From Diplonema japonicum (Eukaryota > Protista > Euglenozoa: Diplonemea): a stretch of 64,000 nt of DNA. The stretch spans positions 62,001 through 126,000 of the forward strand of contig OZ025741.1 of assembly GCA_964019335.1 (NCBI GenBank). Direction: 5' to 3'. The notes beneath the pieces are model-generated. The model searched no databases and had not been told where the DNA came from. It saw only the letters and a program-made list of their open reading frames with translations. A program made the position numbers and the translations under genes. Shown here piece after piece: positions 55,470-64,000 of the stretch (its first letter is position 1; every line of letters begins with the position of its first letter).

Positions 55470-56560
55470 CTATCTGTTAATACTCCCCTTCTGGAGCATT
55501 GCTTTCATTCCGATTGAGGCCGTGAGCGTCTTGCGGAGTCGTGTGATGCGGTCCCGCTTGTAGTCGGCTTTCAATTCCATTAGCTTGTCGTGCGTGGAGC
55601 GGGTGGCGAAAATAGGCCTCCTGGAGAAACCAATAGCTGCCTTTCCTCCAATGGCGATGAGGGACTTCACTCTTTTTCTCTCGTCCGCTGGGAAGGGGCG
55701 TCGCTTCTTCCGTGCCCTGCATGCTGTGTTTATCTTTACGATGAGAGCTTTGATTCTGCGCGCCCTATCTTCCAGCAGGCCTCCCAAAGACTTTCCGGTC
55801 GTCCATTCGAAGTCAATGGCCAGTTCCACCGCCGACACCTCCGAGGTGGTGTCCTTCTCCACCCAGCGCAGTTGTGACAACCATTGTAGCAGCGGGTTTC
55901 AGGTACTGGGACAGGACCCCGCTCACTCCTTCGAGCTCGCCAGCTATCGGAACCTACCACATTTCGAATCCACGGTAGCGGCTGTGTGTTGACATCCTCC
56001 TTCTGCATGAGCTCTACGTCTCGTTTCTCAACCACCACGGCTAAGTATCGTTGCAGCTTCTCTAGGTACGCAAAGTCATGTCCTCTCGGCAGAATCGCGT
56101 GCAATTCCAGACATAGGGGCCATCCTGTCCTGTTGCGCAGTGGTTCCAAGCCGTCCTGTGCTAGCTCTTCCTGTGTGCAGGCGCACTCGTAGAGTTGGTG
56201 GCGGAGTAGGGTTACCGTGTCCGGGTACGGTGATTCACACAGGTCGCACCTGAACCCTTGTGTGCGTGATACTGTCGTTGTTGGGACTTGGCTTACGCTC
56301 TCTTCGACTTCTTCGGTGCCGTCACCTTCTGGTGCCAGGGGGACGCTTCTTTGATTCGTTCCTGCATGCGGGCTAAGGTAGGGGACCCCTCCGGTGATAA
56401 CCCGTCTCAGGCAGTAGGACATGAGCGGGTCTTTGGCTGTTTTCCATAGTTGGTTGGTTTTGGGATCCGCTCCCGCCTCCATCCCTCTCACTGTGTTCCT
56501 CTCGTTCGCCAGCGACCTGCTCCGGGCTTTCCTCACCGCGTCCCCAAAAAAAGAAAATAC
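55470..56560 (-). mobile_element. Second, divergent 5'-truncated non-LTR retrotransposon remnant (frameshift near 55900)
   Basis: GMEAGA.P.TN..W, SY.LRR.I.G, CDLC...HQLYEC, LHAILPRG, QRYL, ELAIDFEWTTG are collinear with 54045-55245. Confidence 0.65.
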
Positions 56561-56684
56561 CCGTTTGCCTGGGGGGGAAGAAACAAAAAAAAAGGAGATG
56601 AGATAAAAGAGCCCCCCCCCCCCCCCCCTTCTTATTTTGGAAGGTCCCCTTGTCCCCTTGTCCAAAACACACTCGTCACACTAT

Positions 56685-57363
56685 CTAATCAAGGTCATCA
56701 AGGTTAGTCTGTTGGGGGAGGGGCTTTCTGTCGTGCGCCTCCTTAGGACTTTCATCAGTCTCGTCCTTAATATCAATATGCACATCCGACGGGGACTTCC
56801 CCTCATCCTCCGTTTTCGAGGGCCCATCATGCTCCGACTTCCTAATAGGTACGGACTCTGATGAATCGTCATCCATAGGGGGTCCCGCAAGAATGAAACA
56901 AGTACCCTAAAATTTTTATTTTATTTTTTATTTATTTTTTTTTTTTTTCCCCCATACAATGCAGCATGACAGCCCGATCAAGATCCAAAACGGAATAAAA
57001 CACACAGCCAGCGATATATCCGCCCCGTCCGCCTTTGCGATCACCATCAAGAACGGGGAGATGGAGAAGCCCAACAACACCATTGAAACAAGCGTATTAC
57101 AGGGCTGTCCTTCTTTGCAATCCTGGATCCCCGAGAAGATGATACTCACGAGGAGAATGCCCGCGGCAATAAGATACGGGATGGCAACGTGCCACCAGCT
57201 CTTTGTCATATCCCCGTCCAATTTCATAACCATCAACATGATGAACAGAGGGAACCTGATGAGGGTCGTAACACCATGAACCACATGCTGAATGTACCCT
57301 ACCCGAGAAGCCTCTGTGCCGGTCTGCGTGCATCGATAAACGTAATTGCTTTTTGTGAGCACG

Positions 57364-57394
<31 letters not shown>

Positions 57395-58081
57395 CTTTTT
57401 TTTTTTCCCTTAAACATACTAAATTCCGTTTATTGTGTCGAAAACGATGAACAAGTACACCGGGATGAACACGTTCTTCCACTCCCAGTGATAGTGCTCG
57501 TCCAATCGGAGGGAGAGCAAGATCGACCACACCACGAAACACGAGATTCTGATGAACTGCATCCCCGCCGCGATACGGGTCCTTAACTTACTCACACGCG
57601 GTTCGTCAGGTTCATCCTCCTGCTCAGGATACAAACAAATACGAATTACAACTATGCTTTGAAAGCACATGACGAAACCCTCCATGATCCACACTGGGGT
57701 GAACGTAGTCCCCCACGACCACGAAACCTTATCGTCTACCCTCAGTGTCAAGAATATCAAACACAAAATGAGTGGGACCAATATGCTGGCGAAGACGCAC
57801 AGGATGATTGCTGGATCGAGAGTTACAAGCTGTTCTGCACCGCCCTGCGCTGCCAGCTTCAAACCATTTTCACCGTATCTATCATACAGGCTCCTCTTGG
57901 CGTCATCAGATAGAACCTCGTAGGCAGCTTGAATTTCTTGAAACTTGGCCTCGCTCACGTCCGGTCCACGTCTGTCTGGGTGGTACTTCACTGCCCCCTT
58001 GTGATACGCCTTTTTCAGCTCCTCTTTCGTGGCGGTCTTTTCGACGCCGAGCGTCGCGTACAGCCTTGTGTTGGCTGGCAT
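56685..58081 (-). CDS. DnaJ-domain protein with TMEM185/FAM11-like multi-TM region; introns 57364-57419, 56907-56957
   Basis: J domain with HPD and AYEVLSD..KR..YD.YG; repeated LRLD....W..VFIP(V/F)W units; acidic tail. Confidence 0.85.
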
Positions 58082-58419
58082 TTTGTCTCTTTTTTTTTTT
58101 TTTTGCTTGAAAAAAAAATTGTTATTGCAGGGAGGGAGAAAAAAAAACAAAGAGAAAACAAAAAGAATGGTAAAAGAAATATTCTAGGGGGGGGTTTTAT
58201 ATTGTTATGTAGATCTACTTATCCATGGGGGGCGGGGGGGGAGAAGAAAAAAATGGTGGTATTTCTTTCTTTTTTTTTGGCAATAAAAAGAAAAAACAGT
58301 GCCTTTTTTTTTCCTGTACAAAAGAAAAGGGGCAGGGGGAGATGAGAAAAATAATGTTTCGGTAATCTATCGGGGGGGGTTTTTTTTTAAAGATCGAAAA
58401 CTCCATCAGCTCACACAAA

Positions 58420-61400
58420 TCAGCCCATCAACGGTGTGGGAGTGGGGCCTGTGTGGAAATTCCTTCCCTCCCAATATCCATACCCCTTGGCCTTGACGCC
58501 GTAGATGAAGCGGATGCTTCTCTAAGCCCTCTGGTGCCTGTCAAGGGGCGCCTGCTATCTTGCAGGACAGGAACGCTCAGGGTTGGTGCCTTTTTGTTTT
58601 GTTTTCTTTTTTTCTCGCTTTCAATGCAAACCTCATGTGAAACAGGCCGTGGAGACCTAGAAGGCTTTCTCGCTGCACTGCTACGCTGTGGGCTGACCAT
58701 CTGCTTTGACTGCCCATGCTTCTGTGGTGAAAGTGTGAAGTTGTTCTATTCAGCTGATACCTTGGTGCTCATCATACGCGGCATCCCGCCGAGCTCCCCA
58801 GGTGTGTTCGACGCCGCCCGCCCGGGTGCCGGTGACGGATTCCTACTGCTCGGTGCAGCAGGTGAAACCTCCCGCTGCGTCCCCCGCACCACCTGATGCC
58901 ACACCGACGGACCGTTCCCCTTCTGCGGGGAGCTCGACACCGTGTCGTCCTGTGCCTTCGCTGCGGGCATTGGTTTCGGGGACCTTCCCCTCCTCACGGG
59001 CTCCACCAGCTTCTCAGTTGGCTTGCTTGCCTTACCCCATGCGGACAGCGGCACGTTATCCGCAACACCCTTCGGGCTGACTTTCTTCATGTACGCCTTG
59101 AGGGGCGAGTGGTCCGACGGCTCAGGGCACACAGGAGACTTCTTCGTGGAACCGAAAGCTGCCCTTGTGTGTGAATTCGCAGAGGTCGCCACCGCCAAGG
59201 GTGGGTTCTGCATGTGCGGCAAGTCAATCGCTGCAGGGACGGCGGCCACAGGAGGAGGAAACACAGGATGAGACCTCGCTGCCGTCGACGAGGGGGCCAC
59301 GCCCACTGGGACAGGTCGGGAGGCGTAGGAGGCGGGCACAGGGGCCGATAAGGGAGCTACCGGAGCAGCAATGCCCGTTGCAACCTCCCTTCGGATAACT
59401 GTTATAGGTCCAGCAACTGATGAAGGCTTGGGTGCCGGTGGTGACAAATACAACCTTTCCTTGACTGGTGACCGCTCCCTTATGGGGGATTGCTTCCGTG
59501 ACTGGGCCTGCAAGATTGGTCGCTCCCGCAAGGGGGATCGCGACCTTGAACAAGACCTCCCCGAGCGTGAAGGGCACCTGTGCGCCCCAGGCATGCCGTA
59601 CGACCCTACAGACCCGCCAGATGACGAGCCTGCCCTGTTGCTCCGCTTTCGGTCGCTGTACATGTCGGTGTGGACATCATTCGCTTGTACCGTGTGTGTG
59701 TGTGTGTGCTCCCGTGCGACTACCGTCTCGTACATTGACTTCTCGGCCCGCCTGCCCCTCTCCATGGCCTCCTGCTGCAGTATCGTCAGCGACCTCGATC
59801 GCGAGGTGTCAGGCAGATAGCCCTCCACGCTGTTGTTCCCGGATACCGCAACCGACCCGCTAGTGACCTTTGAGTCCGAAAACTCACGCCGCTGATTCCT
59901 CAGCTTCGTGATCGACGTAGGGGAAGGGTACGGCGAGGGCTCGGGATTGCGCTCTACGTAGACCGCGTGCTGGGGGATGGTGGCATTGCTGATGTCCAGG
60001 TCGTGCAGGCGGTGTTCAGGTTCCGATTTGACATCAGCTGTCGTTGTGTCTACTGTCTCCAAGTTGCGGAGGCGTTCCTCAAGATTGGTGAGCTGCATCT
60101 GGTGCGAGCTGCGTTCATGCTCAAGCCTCATCTCCAACTGCCGCACTTGGTTGACCAGCTGCACCTTTACCAGATCATCGTTTGAAGAGGGCGCTGCCTT
60201 CCCAGCGAAGGACTCGATTGGCGGATGCGACAGCCTCGGGATGACAGGTGATGGTGACGACTGCTGGCGGGACTCTGGCAGCGGTGAGGCAGACACTTGC
60301 GTGGAGCCTTCCGACGCAATGAGCTTCACCTCCGCTTCCTTGTCACCGATGAAGAACGCAGGGCCTGTCGAGGGCCCACCGTCCACCTTGTCCCCTTCCT
60401 TTCCAACGTAGCACAGCGTCCACCTGTCTGTCGTCTCGTACCGCCTGCGTGCCGACCATGCTCTGTCCCATTCCGAGGACTGGGCTGCTACCTCTTCTTC
60501 GCTGCTGCAGATCACGCCGTCCAACAGCAAGCAGCTGAAGTTGCCATTCGACCTGACAAGTTCGCAGACAGGGGCTACCCTGTGCAATTTGCACCCGTGG
60601 ATGTCAAGAGTGCGTAGCTGCGGTGTGCTGCGTGCGGCAGACACAACAGCCTCGACGCAAGAAGCGGGTGGGTTGTTGAAGCCAAGGAACACCTCGCGCA
60701 GGTGCGACCTCGGCAGTGCCCTGGCAAGACACGTGAAGGACTTCTCTCCAAGAAGGTTCGACCTCACGTTCAGTCGTTCGAGAGATGAATTGGCGACTGC
60801 GATGGCGTCCATCAGGACCGCACCCTCCGCGTCAGTGACCCTGTTGTTGGAGATGTCAAGAGTAGCGAGGAAGGGGTTGAAACGAAGGAGCTTCGCAAAG
60901 GCCAAGGTCCCCTTCCCTGCGAGGTCATTGTAGCCGAGGTGGAGGTGTTGCATGGACTTCGAATTCTGTAGCGCGTCGCAGAGGTGCCCCGCAGCAGAAG
61001 AGTCAATCACATTACCGTGCAGAACCAGCTCGTTAATGTTGGAGCTGGTGCCAAGGACCTGGGCGAGGGCTTTGACACCCACACCACCAATTCGGTTGTG
61101 GGAGAGGTCAAGGGATGTAAGAGTAGTGTTCACAGACAAGGAGTGTGCGAGTGTGATGACGCCCCCGTCCCTAAACTTGTTGGCGCCGAGCCGCAACGTG
61201 TGCAGGCTTGTATTCTTCTTCAGCATGTTCGCAATGCTTAGGATACCGTCTTGCTCGATCTCATTCCCTTCTATGTTCAAGATGTCCAGCACGTCGTGCT
61301 GCCGCAGCATCCCCGCAATGCACTTCACATCCACGTCCCTCAACGGCGACGCTCTATCCGTTAAGGAGCAGCTCCTGCTAGGCGTTGTGATCGCTGCTAG

Positions 61401-61487
61401 CACCTCTAAACAACACTCCACACCAAGCTCCCTGCACAGCTTCACATACGCCTCCACCGCATCGCCGTTGGGGGTATCCCCGTCCAT
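58420..61487 (-). CDS. RI-type leucine-rich-repeat protein with coiled coil and long disordered tail; introns 58722-58760, 58590-58631, 58449-58483
   Basis: 28-residue LRRs L..N.TL..L.L..N.I...G; small GT-AG introns extend the ORF to a stop at 58420. Confidence 0.8.
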
Positions 61488-61632
61488 CTCCCTGCGGTGG
61501 TGTTATGTCGTTTTTTCTTTTTGCCTTGCTTCAAGCTGTATTCACTTTTCTTTTGTTTTTGCTTCTATTAAACTACTTGTCGTTGTTTCTTCCTTCGTAT
61601 TCCCCCCGTCGGCTTTTCTTTTTTTTTCTTTT

Positions 61633-64000
61633 TTAGAACTCGGAGACTACCTCTGTCAACTCCGATGCGAACTGCGGGAAGAGAAGCTTCAGCTCTGTGT
61701 AAAGTGGTTATATTTGGAAAGAAGAAGAAGAAAAAGCGCCCCACGTACCGTTAACAGTCTTCATCACGTTCTCGTGCTGCTGGTCGATGTTGTCACGCCT
61801 TGCTTGCGCTGATTCAATGGGAGCGGAGTACTGCAAAAAAGGTTTAAAGAATTACGCGTAAAACGGATGAAACGCCATACTTGGTACTGCTGCTTCTGAG
61901 AATCGAGCAGGCGATGCAGGGCTTGCTGCTTGCGCTCCTTCTCGTCGAAAGCTTTGGTCCGATCCAGTTGCTATTGTGGGGTGTACGGAGCGCTTGTTGT
62001 TGTTGGGGTATACCTTGACATTCGTCTCCCTCTGGATGTCATGCAGGTTGGTGCTGAAGTCTCCGATCTCGGAGGCCACCTGTGCCGTCTCCATCGCAGT
62101 CTTCTCGGTGTTTGCAAGGCATTCCTTGATCTGCTGGTCGCGCTTCTGCGCCTCTGCTTTCTTCAGTTTCAGCTCGTTAACAAGGCGGTGGTTCTCTTTT
62201 TGCAGCGTAGCTTTCGTCTTCCCTCTCTGCCCGCTGGAAGTGCAGGCTTGTACCGCTTGTCCCTTGCTCCTTAGAACGTCGCGGTGGTCCACCTGTCGGA
62301 GTTTTTTTTTCTTTTTGTTGTTGTGAAAGCGTACCTGTTTTTCCATGTCCTCGACCTTTCTTTTTTGCTCCTTCTTCAGGTTGTGCAGCCGCTGCTCCAT
62401 GATGTAGATCTCTCTCTTCATCCTGTTGATCTCCTCCTTGCCCACCATGGGGTCCAGCGCCAACTCCGTCTCCTTCGCAATCTGAATCTTCTTCTCCCAA
62501 AACATGACGTTCCTTTCCGCGTCCAGGATGTGGTTCATCACGTCCTTCTTTGCCTCTTTGATATCCTGTTTAAAACCATTTTGTGTGTTGTGCTATGTGG
62601 GTGTCATACATGGATCTTTCCTTCAAGTGCGATGGCTTCCTGTTTGCGCTGTTTTAAACGCTTCACAAGGTCGGTTTCAATGTTGAAATTGTCGTTGGAA
62701 AGCTGATCTTGCGTCTGCGCGTTCTTCGCGAGCAGATCGTTGAGCTTACGTTGAAGGAGGTGCATGCTCTCCATCTGGTCGTCCAGCGTTCCGATCTCCT
62801 TCGCCTGCTGCTTGGCATTGTCTGCAAGGGGGGTGCGTGGGGTTTCTTTTTTGTATGTCTCATACTGGTCAGTTTCAACCGTTTCTGTGTAAGTATGGTA
62901 GATTGCGCCTTCAACTCTTGAATGGCCTTCCCCAGCTCCGATGCTTTGGTTTTGGTATTTACAAGTTCGGTCTGTGCTCTGATCCAGTCCCTTTGCAGGG
63001 AATCGTTCTCCAGAGATTTCGCGGTTATGGATTTCGACAAGTTGTTAATTGTCGCTTCAAGGGGCCCGACCCCTTCGCCCCCATCTTCCGTCCCTTGCTG
63101 GCCCATGATGGAGTCATATTGCCGGTTGAGCTGATCGAGCATCTTTTGCTTCCTCTCGATTTCGTCGTGTTTCCTTCTAATGTCTACTTGGAACTTCTCT
63201 ATAAGCTGGTCACGACCTGCCAGCTCCTTTTCAAGCTCTGTTAAAGTCCCTTTCAAACCCTCGTTGTGGGACTGGGTTTGCAATGTGTCCACGCGGATCC
63301 TTGCCAACTCGTTCTCCATTTGCGTGACCTGAAGCTCTTTGTCTCGTATGACGTTCTTCATCCTTTCGATTTCTTGAAGCGCCGACTGCGACCCTTTCTT
63401 CAGCGTTGTTTGGATGGAGAGCGTTTCGAGGACCTTGGCCTCCGCCTCTGCCACCTCGCGGGAGGTTTTTTGATGCCGTTTGGCGATGTTCATGATGTCG
63501 GTGTTGATGACTTTCATTTCAGACTCGACTTTTTTAGTCTGTGCGTCGGTGTGGTCTAGGGATCGCTTCAGCATGGTGAAGGAGTCGTTGGATTTCTGCT
63601 TTCTTTCTAGAAGCTGGTCGATCTGCTTCTCCAGGAAATTCACCTCATTCTCAGTCTTGGCGAGCGTTTGCGTGAACTTCTCGTTCCGTTCCTGCTCGGC
63701 TTTGATGGAGTGCCGGTACCCTATAATTTCGTTGTCCAACGTCATCAGTTGTTCCTTTTGCGCGTTAAGGGCTTCTTCTGTCGCGCGGAGCGTCTCATCA
63801 CGCCGTTGCATGCCGATAAGGGATGTCTTCCACTGTTGTAAAAGCTGTTTTTTTTCGAATTGAATGGCTTCCATCTCAGAGAGAGCTTCTGCGAGGGTGT
63901 CGCGGGCTATGTTTGTCTCTTCGGACTGCGACGCAAGCTGTGCTGTGTACATTGCGAGGTGTTGGGTTTTTGATTTGATTTGTTCGTTTAAATTGTCGAT
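61633..64000 (-). CDS. CCDC40: Coiled-coil domain protein 40 (axonemal ruler, FAP172), 5' partial, multi-exon
   Basis: EMEAIQFEKKQLLQQWKTSLIGMQRRD, GPLEATINNL, WIRAQTELV, ERNVMFWEKKIQIAKE..LDP..G..EI..MKREI..M; several small GT-AG introns. Confidence 0.85.

Overview
Eukaryotic nuclear DNA. About 28 protein-coding genes all lie on the minus strand, separated by A/T/G homopolymer-rich spacers, and many are interrupted by small (mostly 35-75 nt) GT-AG introns that the ORF track misses. This points to a polycistronic-style euglenozoan genome, most likely a diplonemid (inference). Recognisable products: alpha-aminoadipate reductase (Lys2-type C-A-PCP-R), a secreted beta-helix protein, a ~2670-aa Piezo channel, an SLC34 Na+/Pi cotransporter fusion, Gemin7-like protein, SGNH hydrolase, La protein, GAF protein, TFIIS-M protein, ATP-dependent RNA ligase, two DUF1348 copies, Ubl-ankyrin protein, FHA-WWE protein, 2-isopropylmalate synthase, DnaJ-TMEM185-like protein, LRR protein and CCDC40. 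Mobile DNA: two decayed piggyBac elements with intact TIRs and TSDs, several MITE-like inverted-repeat elements, and two tandem 5'-truncated non-LTR retrotransposon remnants. The best candidate for a new system is the 1414-aa gene at 21794-26038. It fuses a complete SLC34 phosphate transporter to a claudin-like 4-TM module whose first extracellular loop carries a phytase-like (PF13449-type) domain with substituted acidic motifs. All family assignments come from motif recognition by eye, not from database searches.
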